A DNA stretch of 64,000 nt. Source: a virus. The notes beneath the pieces were generated by a model. The model worked only from the letters and a program-made list of their open reading frames with translations, had not been told where the DNA came from and searched no databases. Shown here piece by piece: positions 25,961-36,560 of the stretch (positions are counted from its first letter, which is position 1; every line of letters begins with the position of its first letter). The stretch is taken from positions 6,298 through 70,297 of IMG/VR virus record IMGVR_UViG_3300027832_000010. One strand, written 5' to 3'. Both the position numbers and the translations under genes were made by a program.

Positions 25961-27244
25961 TTATAATCCTAATTTTTTATCTAGTGCAGCCATGGCACTT
26001 GGATTGTTTTTAGTTGCGGCATACGCTGCTGCGCCCAGTGCAGCTGACCCACCACCTGCTGCTTGGAAATTTTTAATTGATTGACGTTGTCTTGCACTAT
26101 CTAATGCTGCGGCATTGGTTTTAAGAGCTTTTATTGAACTAGTTACAGCTGATGCAAGGCCAACACCTGCTGCCGCTAATAGTACATCTTTGCCGCCACC
26201 TTTTCCGCCGTTCTTTGGAAAGAAAGTCTGTGCTACACCACTAACATTAATTCCAGTTGCTTGACCAATTGCTCCTGTAAGAATATTAAATCCTTCTTGA
26301 CGTAATCCTTCTTTTGATAAATTTCTTATATTACCAATTAACTGAGCACCCTGTAATATACTAAGCAATGGATTATTATATGATTCGCCACTAGCAATAA
26401 ATTCATATAGGTCTAATGCGCTACCTATTGTGCCGCCTAACCCTAACTTGGCTCCACCTTCTAATGATATAGGACTAGGTGTCGTATCGTAATGATCTTG
26501 ACCAAATCCGACAGGATCGCCTTGCGGGCCTGTAGTAATACTGTTTTGGCTATAAAACACTGCCTCATATGCTACTTGTATACTGTTACTCATAGTGCCA
26601 GCGCCGTCGCTGTTGTTAACACTATCGTGACTCCAGCTAGTTAGTATTGGGTTTACTAATGTATATGTAGTGTACTCACCTCTAGCTAGTACACTTATTT
26701 TAATGCTTTTAAAGAAAGGTACTCCTGGATTGTTTACATCCATACCAAACTTATAATTATTACGAGAGCTACCTTGGTACGTACTGTGAGGTGCAACAGC
26801 ATATGCTCTACCAGAATCTTTTTGTTGATTACCGTCTGCAAAATAGTATCTATAATATGCTTGTAATAATGCAGTGGTAATGCCTTCATTGTCATCATGT
26901 AACTCAATGTTTACAGGTTCATAACTTATTGAAGTTTGTGCATTTTTTACTCTGTTATATTTTTTCTTAGTTTCTATTTGAACACTAAATTTAGGCAAGT
27001 CTGCACTTTTTACAAGCATACCTATTTCGTTTAACGTAGACCCCGTAAACAACTTAGGAGCAATTCCTTTTGCAACATCTGATACTTCAAACTGCACATG
27101 ATAAAGGAATTTAGTTTTTGGCGCAAGGGCCATATCTCTATCAGTATACAGCCGTGCAGCATGTTGCCAATCGGCCATATTGCCTTTGGGACTTAATATA
27201 CCGTTTGAAATTGAATCTAATAAACCGTTAAACTTATTTGCCAT
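25961..27244 (-). CDS. Tail-tube-like baseplate/tube initiator protein (gp54/gp48-like)
   Basis: VKSADLPKF, YEPVNIELHDD, LVNPILTSW..D tube-fold pattern; follows gp19. Confidence 0.55.
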   Translation of the reverse strand: MANKFNGLLDSISNGILSPKGNMADWQHAARLYTDRDMALAPKTKFLYHVQFEVSDVAKGIAPKLFTGSTLNEIGMLVKSADLPKFSVQIETKKKYNRVKNAQTSISYEPVNIELHDDNEGITTALLQAYYRYYFADGNQQKDSGRAYAVAPHSTYQGSSRNNYKFGMDVNNPGVPFFKSIKISVLARGEYTTYTLVNPILTSWSHDSVNNSDGAGTMSNSIQVAYEAVFYSQNSITTGPQGDPVGFGQDHYDTTPSPISLEGGAKLGLGGTIGSALDLYEFIASGESYNNPLLSILQGAQLIGNIRNLSKEGLRQEGFNILTGAIGQATGINVSGVAQTFFPKNGGKGGGKDVLLAAAGVGLASAVTSSIKALKTNAAALDSARQRQSIKNFQAAGGGSAALGAAAYAATKNNPSAMAALDKKLGL

Positions 27245-27285
27245 ACAAATATTTATCCTTTAGTATTAAGTACGTATATAAAGGT

Positions 27286-27308
27286 AAAGGGAGCCGAAGC
27301 TCCCTTTT
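27286..27308 (-). terminator. Intrinsic terminator with cUUCGg tetraloop
   Basis: Minus strand AAAGGGAGC-TTCG-GCTCCCTTT after the tail tube gene; T-runs on both strands. Confidence 0.85.
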
Positions 27309-27332
27309 GTTTTAGACTAAATGATAATAGTA

Positions 27333-27962
27333 TTAAACGCCGCCGCCTGTAACGGAAGTATTAACTGTACGTCCAACTGCTGTACCAATACCAGTACCGT
27401 TTGGTGATTGTAATGCGTTATCGTAACGGATGTTAAGTGTAACACTAACTGGATCAGTTGAGTTAGAATATGACAAACTGTTGTAGTTTGCACTTTCTAC
27501 ATAGCAACCGTAAAGTTCAAAAGTTTCAAGTACGTTTGGTGTGTTAGCACCGTTGCCGCCATCTAAGATTTCAATGCGTGTTACGAATTTATAATCTTGT
27601 CCTGATGCTGCACTTGATTGCTCGTAAAAGTCGAACTGCTTCTGTAGCTGCTCGCCAACAAGTTTTTGCACATTGTTGTTAACATCTTCACGTAAGTTAA
27701 GCGTAATTGGTTCCCATGTATGTTTACCTGCTAGGTATACTCTTGAGTTATATACGTCAATTGTCATTTGTTCAAAACTTACGTTAGGACGAGTTACGTC
27801 AATAACTTGTTTTGTAAGTTCTGTAGTCGGTGTTGATACACCAAAGTTTTCCAGTGACACTCTAAAGCGATACTGGAGTTTTGGCATCAATAGTCCCTGA
27901 CTACTAGCGGAATCTCCGCTAGCTAGGGGAACTGATATTTTTGATAATGTTGAAATAGCCAT
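27333..27962 (-). CDS. Tail tube protein (gp19-like)
   Basis: PKLQYRFRV, YLAGKHTWEPITL, LNIRYDNA; follows the sheath gene. Confidence 0.9.
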   Translation of the reverse strand: MAISTLSKISVPLASGDSASSQGLLMPKLQYRFRVSLENFGVSTPTTELTKQVIDVTRPNVSFEQMTIDVYNSRVYLAGKHTWEPITLNLREDVNNNVQKLVGEQLQKQFDFYEQSSAASGQDYKFVTRIEILDGGNGANTPNVLETFELYGCYVESANYNSLSYSNSTDPVSVTLNIRYDNALQSPNGTGIGTAVGRTVNTSVTGGGV

Positions 27963-27995
27963 TTAGTCTGCTCCTGTTCTATAAGTATTTATCGT

Positions 27996-30900
27996 TTAAA
28001 GTCCGTTGATTTCGCCGGTGTTTTTCAAGCGTAATGGAATGTAGATAAATTCAACTGCTTTAACAGGTTCAATAGCTATGTCTAAGTATAGTTCATTTCT
28101 ATCAATTCTGCTTGGAGTATTATTTGACTCATCACAAACAACTAGGTAATCATAAAGACCACGTTGTCCAACTAATTCAAGTAATAAACTCTCTGCTGCT
28201 TGTTTAATCTCATTGCGAGTAATAGTATCATTTGGCTCAAAGATGTAAGGTTTAGCAAGCGTGTTTAGCTGACTACGTAAGTAGATAACCAGACGTGCTA
28301 CGTTAATACGATCTAATGCACTTGTACCTCTTGCACGAGTTTTCTGTCCAAAGTTAACAAGTCCGGCACCACTAATAAACGTAATTGGGTTTATGTTGTT
28401 GCTGTACAATGTATCGCGTTGACCTTCGTTTAGTGACACACTTTGGAATTCGCCTTCGCTTGTGATATAACCAGTTGAACTTGCGTTAGTAACTCCGCCG
28501 CGTCTTGTACCTGCTGGTGCAAACCATGGATAGCTAACCTGGTCGCTTAGTGCAACTGTTCTTAACATCATGTGCGAAGCTGGAACTACAACGTTGTTAC
28601 CAAAGTTGTCACTTGTAAATCCACATGGATAAAACACGCCTAGGTATTCATCGCGACTAACAAGACCATCATCGTTGTCTTCTACTGCTAGGTTAACGTT
28701 AGTTGCCCACTCGTTTAAGCTAGTAGCATCTGGTGTTAAACGGAATGGACTATCACCTAGGATAAATGCTGTTAAGCCTCTATCGTAGTTTAAGCTGATC
28801 ATTTCGCCGATTAGTTCTGAATAACCTGGGCAAGCCATTAAGTTGAACAAGCGTGATTCATCATCACGTATTTCGTCATTTGAGTTAACAACTGCTTGTA
28901 GAGCTTGTACAACAACTTTACGCTGTGCCTTGCGTCCAAAGCTACCTGCACCATTTTCTTGGTTACCTGATTCAGTAACCCAACGGTGCGGATAGTAACC
29001 TGACATCGGGTACTCGCCTGCATCACCTAAGCGTAGGTTGTCTGCATTTGTATCAATATAGTTGCGCTCAAAACGTTTTACGTTGAATCCACTTCTGCGT
29101 AAGTTCCATAGTAGCATACCTTTTGGATATAGTGCTGCTTGTGGTGCATCCGGGTCTAAGTAGTTGCTTACACGTAATTCAGCAATACTTGCGTCTGTCA
29201 TAACTTCAGTTGTTCCGCCGCTTACACTGTAACGTGCATCAGCAAATAGGATACCTTCTTCAGTAGTTTGATCGCTAGCATCTAGCGGTGATCCCCATTT
29301 TTGCGCTGTTGTACCTGCAACGTTATTGTTATAACGATAAATTGTTGGGTAGTTTTCTAAGTCAGCTGTACTAACCCATAGATCACCTGTTACTAGTGTG
29401 CTGCCATCTGATTGTACTAGTGGCATACTTGCTGCAACAATTGGACCTTCGGCATCTGCATCTGGAAACGCAGTTGCATCGTTATATCCAACCCATGTTG
29501 TACCGTTGTGATACATAACATCAACTTCGTCAACAATCGAGTTGTACCATAGTTGTCCGGCAGCTGCCAATGAGTTTGGTGCATTATCGCTTGGTGTATA
29601 CGTTAGTATGCGCCAGTTAGTTGCAGCAAATTGTTTTGGTGATGTGTCAACAGTTGTACCGTCTGCATATGCTAAGTTAACAGTGCTGTTTGATGCAGTT
29701 GCAATATACGGAGTAAATCCGATAGCGTTTAACAATCCGTTGGTGTCAACAAAGTTAATTTCGCCACCTAATGCATGTGTAATTACAACTTTATTTTGCG
29801 CATCAACTGTTGCACTTACGTTAGCAACACCTGCTGATGTAATTGCACTTGCAATTAATACTGCGTCGCCGCTTGCACTGCCTGTTGTTGCAGGCACAGT
29901 TACTGTTACTGGACTACCCATTGTTGCAACACCCGCAACAATTGTAACAACTGACATAGTGAATGTTTTAGTTGCTGATGAACTATTGCCTGGCGCTGCG
30001 CCCGTTATTGCTGCACTTCTTATAACAGTTGCACCACTTGCTTGTCTACGATAGATTGTAAATGTGCCCAATGGTTGAGCGTCTGCTGCAACGTTTGTTT
30101 TAGCAAACAATTCACCAACTGCTAGGTTTACGCCGCTGCCAGTACTGTCTAAACCGTACACTGCTGCTGCATTGTTGTCGTACATTGGTGTTGTTTTTTC
30201 GTCCCAAAGTAATGTCTCTGAATTCCAAAGTTTTACTTTTAAATTTCCGCCGCCATTTGGAGCAGTTGTTTTAACCCAAATACTACCTGTTGGGCGAGTA
30301 TATGTATCAGTAATTTTAAATTGTGGAACACTTGTATGTGCCGATACTTGTACTGCTGGTGGGTAATAAGTTCCTGAGCTAATGCCTAATAGTGCTAATT
30401 TAGCAGTATCGCCGCCAATGATGACTGGACCGCCACGTGTACTATCATCTGCACCTGAACTTTCACCAGTGCTATAAATTTCAAGGAATCCGTCTACTGC
30501 TGCTGATGTAATACCAACACTTGCTAAGAAGCTAGTAATTGAACTTGCAACGTCAGTAATTGTATTTGCACCAACTGAAATAGCAGTACCGTTGATTGTA
30601 ATATCAGCCGGTGGACTGCCAAGTGTAGGATTAGCTATAGTACTTTTAACAGTTGGCCAGCTTGCTGTCCAAGCATCACTGCCTACTTCAACCCATGCGC
30701 CTACTGCATTTTTAAACCAAGTGCGGTTTAATGTAGTAACTGCAACAATTGCATAGTCACCAATAGCACCAATACTAGCTAGTGGAGTATAATCTTCGTC
30801 TTCATAGTCAACTACTCCGTCTGTTGTTGTAATAACAATTGGAGTTTTAGTTGTAAACGTTTGACCACCAATTGTAGTAAATGCTGCACCGTTCCACTGT

Positions 30901-31340
30901 TGAATTCCGTATTTTGAATTTTCTGTATCGAACCAGTATGTATTTGCTAATGGATCTGCACTAGGAGCAGTTGCAGTTGGTGCTAATTCAGCTAAGTCGA
31001 TATCTGCACGTACGACCCATGCTCTGTTACTAACACCTAACAAACTGTAGGCTGCTTGTAAGCCGTATTCATTACGCTCGCCACCGTGAATTGGATTGTT
31101 GTTTGCATCAATTTGGAAAAGTGGATCACCAAATGTATCCGCTAAATCTCTTTGTGATGTAAGTAAGTAAGGTTTCCCTGCGTTAGCTTTTAATGTGCCC
31201 TGTGCAGTTCCTGTTCCAGCTGCATTAGTCTTATTACTTGCAGATGCAACAAAAACCATTGGTACTGTACCTGGTTCAGCCGGAGTGTAGAAACTCTCGT
31301 CAATTACGCTAACCTGTACGCCTGGTGATGTCAATGCCAT
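27996..31340 (-). CDS. Tail sheath protein (gp18-like) with large insertion domains
   Basis: Start ATG 31340 MALTSPGVQVSVIDES; WFAPAGTRRG, INPI, GQKT, LDRINVARL, FEPND, AVEFIYIP. Confidence 0.95.
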   Translation of the reverse strand: MALTSPGVQVSVIDESFYTPAEPGTVPMVFVASASNKTNAAGTGTAQGTLKANAGKPYLLTSQRDLADTFGDPLFQIDANNNPIHGGERNEYGLQAAYSLLGVSNRAWVVRADIDLAELAPTATAPSADPLANTYWFDTENSKYGIQQWNGAAFTTIGGQTFTTKTPIVITTTDGVVDYEDEDYTPLASIGAIGDYAIVAVTTLNRTWFKNAVGAWVEVGSDAWTASWPTVKSTIANPTLGSPPADITINGTAISVGANTITDVASSITSFLASVGITSAAVDGFLEIYSTGESSGADDSTRGGPVIIGGDTAKLALLGISSGTYYPPAVQVSAHTSVPQFKITDTYTRPTGSIWVKTTAPNGGGNLKVKLWNSETLLWDEKTTPMYDNNAAAVYGLDSTGSGVNLAVGELFAKTNVAADAQPLGTFTIYRRQASGATVIRSAAITGAAPGNSSSATKTFTMSVVTIVAGVATMGSPVTVTVPATTGSASGDAVLIASAITSAGVANVSATVDAQNKVVITHALGGEINFVDTNGLLNAIGFTPYIATASNSTVNLAYADGTTVDTSPKQFAATNWRILTYTPSDNAPNSLAAAGQLWYNSIVDEVDVMYHNGTTWVGYNDATAFPDADAEGPIVAASMPLVQSDGSTLVTGDLWVSTADLENYPTIYRYNNNVAGTTAQKWGSPLDASDQTTEEGILFADARYSVSGGTTEVMTDASIAELRVSNYLDPDAPQAALYPKGMLLWNLRRSGFNVKRFERNYIDTNADNLRLGDAGEYPMSGYYPHRWVTESGNQENGAGSFGRKAQRKVVVQALQAVVNSNDEIRDDESRLFNLMACPGYSELIGEMISLNYDRGLTAFILGDSPFRLTPDATSLNEWATNVNLAVEDNDDGLVSRDEYLGVFYPCGFTSDNFGNNVVVPASHMMLRTVALSDQVSYPWFAPAGTRRGGVTNASSTGYITSEGEFQSVSLNEGQRDTLYSNNINPITFISGAGLVNFGQKTRARGTSALDRINVARLVIYLRSQLNTLAKPYIFEPNDTITRNEIKQAAESLLLELVGQRGLYDYLVVCDESNNTPSRIDRNELYLDIAIEPVKAVEFIYIPLRLKNTGEINGL

Positions 31341-31447
31341 ATCGTTTTCTCCTATTGGATTGTTATTGCTAGTATTTAGCATACTACGATAAATTTATAC
31401 GAGTTATAGTGGTATAAAAGGGACCGAAAAGGTGAGGTAAATACAAT

Positions 31448-31783
31448 ATGAGACCATTATGCCAATGTAACCAACGTCCTGCGGCAATAAACTATCGTAA
31501 GGACGGAAAAATACACTATCGTAAGTTATGCGAGCGTTGCTTACGTAGCGGAGTTAATCACGGCGTACCTAAATGGAAGCAAGCTGGTTACGAAAAGAAA
31601 CCACTGTGCGAAAAATGTGGATTTAAATCAAAACACTCAGAGCAGTTTAATGTATTTCATATAGACGGCGAGTTAAACAACTGCCGTATTAGTAATCTTA
31701 AAACTATATGTGCTAACTGTCAACGCACTCTTCAAAAGGAAGGCGTTAAGTGGAAGCAGGGCGATTTAGTACCTGACTTCTAA
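31448..31783 (+). CDS. Small Zn-finger/HNH-like protein
   Basis: CEKCG...FHIDG..NN...NLKTICANC; HNH His residues partly degenerate. Confidence 0.7.
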   Translation: MRPLCQCNQRPAAINYRKDGKIHYRKLCERCLRSGVNHGVPKWKQAGYEKKPLCEKCGFKSKHSEQFNVFHIDGELNNCRISNLKTICANCQRTLQKEGVKWKQGDLVPDF

Positions 31784-31784
31784 T

Positions 31785-32288
31785 TTAAGCGTCTAAGAAT
31801 TTCATTAACTGATCTATGTTAAACTGTAAGTCTTCCAAGGTGCCGTTATTATCAATAGTATAATCAGCCATCCACTGTTCTAAGCTCATTGAGTCTTTTG
31901 CTTCAAGTGGTAAGTAATCACTACGATCAACCCAGATAGCATAATCAAATACTTCGGTGTTACGCATAGCATGATATTCTTTTTTATTGCGTAGGCCGCA
32001 ATAGATATCATACGCATTAAACATTTCGCGTCCTAGACGCGCTGGGTCAGGAACATTATAAGCGCAGATAGCATCATACCATTCTGCTCTGTGATTATGC
32101 CTGTCAGCATAACACTCTTCCTCATTAGCATATCCATACTTTTCCTTTAAGTCGTTATAGATAAAACGTTTTGAACAAAATCTACTACTACTTTCAAAAC
32201 TGTAATTATACTTGTCACGCAGTATTTCGCATACAGTATCTTTGCCGTGACGTCCGTGACCGATAATTAGTAGTTTAAGTTTGTTCAT
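31785..32288 (-). CDS. Deoxynucleoside monophosphate kinase-like P-loop protein
   Basis: IIGHGRHGKDTV Walker A variant. Confidence 0.7.
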   Translation of the reverse strand: MNKLKLLIIGHGRHGKDTVCEILRDKYNYSFESSSRFCSKRFIYNDLKEKYGYANEEECYADRHNHRAEWYDAICAYNVPDPARLGREMFNAYDIYCGLRNKKEYHAMRNTEVFDYAIWVDRSDYLPLEAKDSMSLEQWMADYTIDNNGTLEDLQFNIDQLMKFLDA

Positions 32289-32311
32289 ACAAATGATCCA
32301 ATGTTTCTATT

Positions 32312-32339
32312 AGTATAACAGAAATTAAAGCATTGTCAA
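32312..32339 (-). promoter_or_regulatory. Sigma70-type promoter
   Basis: TTGACA-N16-TATACT with TG extended -10. Confidence 0.7.
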
Positions 32340-32346
32340 GTAGTTT

Positions 32347-33096
32347 TTAACCTATTAAAAATCCGAATCCGGTGCCGCCGGCCATTGCCATAGCAACTTC
32401 ATTTTCAAGTTTATCCATTTCAGCTTGTGCTTCTGATTTTAAACTTGATCCGTTAAGACTAGTGCCGCCTTGTGGTCCTGCAATAGTAGCAAATTTTTCT
32501 CTTGCTTCTCCTAGCATATATTTGCAAGTTGCAAGAGTATAATCTTTAATCCACTGTTGTGCCATATAATCGTTTAGTAATTCTTCATCTGGACGATAAT
32601 TATAGCAATATAACATTAGAGTTTCATTTGCTCTAGGACGCTGAAGCATGGTAAGTTTTTTACTAGAACTATTCCATTTAAATTCAATAAAGCTACCAAA
32701 CATACGGCCTACTAGTTCTTGATATTGTGAAAACATATCATATGTTGCAAGACCGCCCATATTACTAGAACTTAGCAAGTAAGTATTTGTATACGCCATG
32801 TTAAACGGTTCAAACAAACTGCCGCCATCACCGCCGCCTGTACGAGCGCCAATGCTTCTACGGAATATTTGTCTTACTTCGATTACTTCTTGAGGCAGGA
32901 TGTATTCGTTTTGATCAAGTATAGTTGGCAGGAACAAATACGATTCTTCAACTGAATTATTGCTACGCTGTCTAAATCTAGTTAATGATTTTTTTAGTGC
33001 CGTTTCATAATGAATTGGATCGAGTTCAACATCGACCATACCTCCGCCTAGCAGCGTGTGTACGTAATCATATACTTCTTGTTTTGTTGTTGCCAT
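32347..33096 (-). CDS. Neck protein (gp13-like)
   Basis: LGGGMVDVELD, WIKDYTLA, GPQGGTSLNG. Confidence 0.88.
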   Translation of the reverse strand: MATTKQEVYDYVHTLLGGGMVDVELDPIHYETALKKSLTRFRQRSNNSVEESYLFLPTILDQNEYILPQEVIEVRQIFRRSIGARTGGGDGGSLFEPFNMAYTNTYLLSSSNMGGLATYDMFSQYQELVGRMFGSFIEFKWNSSSKKLTMLQRPRANETLMLYCYNYRPDEELLNDYMAQQWIKDYTLATCKYMLGEAREKFATIAGPQGGTSLNGSSLKSEAQAEMDKLENEVAMAMAGGTGFGFLIG

Positions 33097-33149
33097 TTTA
33101 ATGTCTCCCTAGTATTTATCGTTACAGTGGTAAGACGCTAAATATGTAT

Positions 33150-34286
33150 ATGCCACGATTAAGTTTATATAAACCACAAAAAGGTAACGACTACCACTTT
33201 ATAGACAAGCAAGTGCTTGAAATGTTTACTGTTGGCGGTACCGATCTTCATATACACAAGTACTTAGGTACAGATAATCCAACGGATGCAAATGCAACTG
33301 CGGATCAACCTCAATACGATAGTGTAAAACCAACTAATATACAAGACTTACTATTTCTTGAAAATAGGGATAGAAAGTACGATCCAGATATCTACACATT
33401 ACGTGGAATTTATAACGTACAAGATATTGACTTTAATTTAAGCCAATTTGGATTGTTTATGACCAATGACACGTTGATGCTTACTATACATATTAATAGC
33501 AGTGTTAAAACAATTGGTAGAAAAATTATAGCAGGTGACGTAATTGAATTACCTCACTTAAAAGATGAATACGCACTAAACGATCACAGTGTAGCACTTA
33601 AAAGGTTCTATGTTGTAGAAGATGTTAATCGTGCAAGTGAAGGATTCAGTCAAACTTGGTATCCGCACTTGTATAGACTTAAACTTAAACAAATTATTGA
33701 CAGTCAAGAATTTAAAGAAATACTTGACCTCCCTGCAGAAGAAGAAAATCCAGGTGGCAATACATTACGTGATTTGCTTTCAACATATGATAAAGAGATG
33801 CAAATCAATAATGCTGTTATAGCGCAAGCAGAAGTAGATGCTCCTAAATCAGGATACAATACTAATCATTACTTTAGCCTACAACTAGATGCAGATGGTA
33901 ATACCCAATTAGTTGACACTGATGCCGATAATATTCCTGATACAATGCAAACAGTAGAACGTTCTGGATATAACGGTTATTTACTAGGAGATGGTATTCC
34001 AACAAATGGAGAAGCATTTGGATTTGGAATTACGTTTCCGGGTGTGCCTATTACAGGAGATTTCTTCTTACGCAATGATTTTGCACCTAATAGATTGTTT
34101 AGATATGACGGAGTGCGTTGGGTTAAGCAAGAAGATAATGTTAGAATGACACTAACAAACACTAATATACGCAGTACGCAAAAAGGTACGTTTGTTAATA
34201 ATACTAGTACCGACACTATCGGTGGTGAAACAACTACTGAAAGACAGAGTTTGTCTCAAGCACTTAGACCACGGGCGGATAATTAA
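33150..34286 (+). CDS. Neck/head-closure protein (gp14-like)
   Basis: LLFLENRDRKYD, LSQFGLF, GDVIELPHL; start ATG 33150, 5 nt after TAAATA. Confidence 0.8.
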   Translation: MPRLSLYKPQKGNDYHFIDKQVLEMFTVGGTDLHIHKYLGTDNPTDANATADQPQYDSVKPTNIQDLLFLENRDRKYDPDIYTLRGIYNVQDIDFNLSQFGLFMTNDTLMLTIHINSSVKTIGRKIIAGDVIELPHLKDEYALNDHSVALKRFYVVEDVNRASEGFSQTWYPHLYRLKLKQIIDSQEFKEILDLPAEEENPGGNTLRDLLSTYDKEMQINNAVIAQAEVDAPKSGYNTNHYFSLQLDADGNTQLVDTDADNIPDTMQTVERSGYNGYLLGDGIPTNGEAFGFGITFPGVPITGDFFLRNDFAPNRLFRYDGVRWVKQEDNVRMTLTNTNIRSTQKGTFVNNTSTDTIGGETTTERQSLSQALRPRADN

Positions 34287-34567
34287 TGCAAATTTACAAA
34301 TGTACACATATCGAAAGCGGAAAATGCTATATAGGTCAAACTATACAAAGTGTTGATCGCTGCAAGTATGAACACCTTTCACATTCAAAACATTCTAAAA
34401 AAACATATCACTTTCATAATGCGTTAAGAAAAGACGGTGGACCAATGAAGGGGAAAACTTGCTCAGAGGAACATAAAAGAAAAGTAAGTTTAGCAAATAA
34501 AGGCAAATTTAAAAACAAGACTTGGAAGCTAATCGACGGCAAACGTGTTTGGATGGAGGCAGAATAA
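34286..34567 (+). pseudogene. Internally deleted GIY-YIG/NUMOD3 homing endonuclease
   Basis: IYKCTHIESGKCYIGQT...HNALRK joined directly to DGG..KGKTCSEEHKRKVSLANKG; the segment carrying the catalytic Glu is missing. Confidence 0.75.
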
Positions 34568-36099
34568 TGGGATATCAACATTTTTACGATGGTCAAATAC
34601 GCAGATACATAACGCAGCTTGTGCGTATGATGAGTAACTTTAGTTATAAAGATGGCAAAGGTGCTCTCACTCAGATTCCAGTTATGTACGGTGATTTAAC
34701 TCGGCAAGTTGCCAACATCATTAGAGAAAACTCAGAAAATAAGATTCCAAGCGCACCAAGAATGGCTGTATATATTACTGGTCTTGAAATGGATGTCAAT
34801 CGTCTAAGTGACAGCAGCTACGTTAACAAAGTAAATATTAGAGAACGTGCATATGATGCAGCTGGTAAAGAATATTTAAATACTGAAGGTAAAAATTTTA
34901 CCGTTGAAAGACTGATGCCTACTCCATATACACTAACTGTTAATGTTGATGTGTGGAGTTCAAATACAGATCAAAAGCTACAAATATTAGAACAAATTTT
35001 AATGTTGTTTAATCCAAGTTTAGAGATTCAAACAACTGACAACTACATTGACTGGACAAGTTTAAGTGTTGTTAATATGACAGGGCTAACATTTAGCAGC
35101 AGAACAATTCCTACAGGAACAGAAAGCGATATTGATATTGCTACGTTAACTTTTACTACACCTATTTGGATTAGTCCACCAGTTAAAGTTAAACGGCTCG
35201 GAGTCATTACGCAAGTCATACACAGTATTTTTAATGAAAGTGCCGGAACAATTGATCTTGATTTGTCAAGAGGTGGAGTAGGCCATACAACAAATCCTTC
35301 AGCGACGACAGAAGCTGATATTAGAACTAAAATAGTAAAAGATCAAACCGGAACAACTTCAATAGATAGCGGAGTTAAAGAAGTAATTAATCTTGAAAGC
35401 ACTTGGATAAGTGATGTTGATGCTTCTTTAATATCTTCACATGATAACTACAGTCTACTAGTATTAGGCACAACTGCTAAATTAGTTAGAAAAGGTATTG
35501 TGGGTGCAGAAACTTGGACAGGATATTTAAAATCTATGCCGTTTGAATTTGATAGTGGTATTACAGAGTTAAGATTAACTAGACGAGATTTAGATAACGA
35601 AATCGTAGGCACTGTTGTGGTTAATCCATTAGACCAGTACGAATTAGCAATTGTATGGGACGGCGATACATTACCTGCAGACACAGTAATGTCAGGCCCG
35701 GGTGTTGATCGCAATAAGATTGATTATATTATTAATCCTTATAAAACTAATCCTACAGACTTAAAAGCAAGTAATCCTCGTATACTAATACTTGCTGATA
35801 TTAACGATAGTGATAATGTAGGCCAAGATGCAGGATATGAAACGCCCGACAACTATGCATACGATGGCCCAGATGCTTGGAAAAATAACGACGGTTCAGA
35901 CTTTGTTGCAGGCGCTAATGACATTATCGAATGGGATGGTGTTCGCTGGCATGTAGTATTTGACGCTAGTACGCAGGACGATACTGTTGTGTATACATCT
36001 AATCTTAATACCGGCAAACAATATAAGTTTGAAGCAAGCGAGTGGATACTAGCATACGACGGTGAATATCCAAACGGCACATGGAGACTTGCATACTAA
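34567..36099 (+). CDS. Tail terminator/sheath stabiliser (gp15-like) with C-terminal extension
   Basis: FYDGQIRRY, PVMYGD, QKLQILEQILMLFNP; start ATG 34567 with GGAGG SD. Confidence 0.85.
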   Translation: MGYQHFYDGQIRRYITQLVRMMSNFSYKDGKGALTQIPVMYGDLTRQVANIIRENSENKIPSAPRMAVYITGLEMDVNRLSDSSYVNKVNIRERAYDAAGKEYLNTEGKNFTVERLMPTPYTLTVNVDVWSSNTDQKLQILEQILMLFNPSLEIQTTDNYIDWTSLSVVNMTGLTFSSRTIPTGTESDIDIATLTFTTPIWISPPVKVKRLGVITQVIHSIFNESAGTIDLDLSRGGVGHTTNPSATTEADIRTKIVKDQTGTTSIDSGVKEVINLESTWISDVDASLISSHDNYSLLVLGTTAKLVRKGIVGAETWTGYLKSMPFEFDSGITELRLTRRDLDNEIVGTVVVNPLDQYELAIVWDGDTLPADTVMSGPGVDRNKIDYIINPYKTNPTDLKASNPRILILADINDSDNVGQDAGYETPDNYAYDGPDAWKNNDGSDFVAGANDIIEWDGVRWHVVFDASTQDDTVVYTSNLNTGKQYKFEASEWILAYDGEYPNGTWRLAY

Positions 36100-36112
36100 G
36101 ATAATTATTAGT

Positions 36113-36550
36113 ATGAGTCCAAATACTATCATTTGCAGTGGCGCAATTGTATACGCCCTTAACACTAAACGCTTTTTATTCTTACATAGAGTAAAAGGTC
36201 GTTCGGGTGATTTATGGGGATTAGTTGGTGGCACAACTGAAAAAGCCGAAACTCCTTGGGAAGGCCTAAAGCGTGAAATCTTTGAAGAAATTGGTGAAAT
36301 TTCTATTAAGAAAACAATGCCCTTAGAAACGTTCATTAGCAACGATACCCAATTTCACTTTCATACATATCTGTGTGTAGTAGAAGAAGAATTTATGCCT
36401 CTACTAAATAACGAGCACGACGGTTATGCATGGGTAGAGTTTGGTAAATGGCCTCGTCCACTACATCACGGATTAAACAACACCTTACAAAACAAAGTTA
36501 ATTTAAAAAAACTTGAAACAGTTTTTAAAGTTATAGATTTATTAGATTAG
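36113..36550 (+). CDS. NUDIX hydrolase
   Basis: Complete Nudix box GTTEKAETPWEGLKREIFEEIG. Confidence 0.9.
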   Translation: MSPNTIICSGAIVYALNTKRFLFLHRVKGRSGDLWGLVGGTTEKAETPWEGLKREIFEEIGEISIKKTMPLETFISNDTQFHFHTYLCVVEEEFMPLLNNEHDGYAWVEFGKWPRPLHHGLNNTLQNKVNLKKLETVFKVIDLLD

Positions 36551-36560
36551 AGAATATTAA

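Noticed and set aside
31448-31783. Small HNH-like gene as another mobile endonuclease
   Set aside because: Lacks NUMOD domains, HNH His residues are degenerate, and it does not sit in a gene start; more likely a resident gene.
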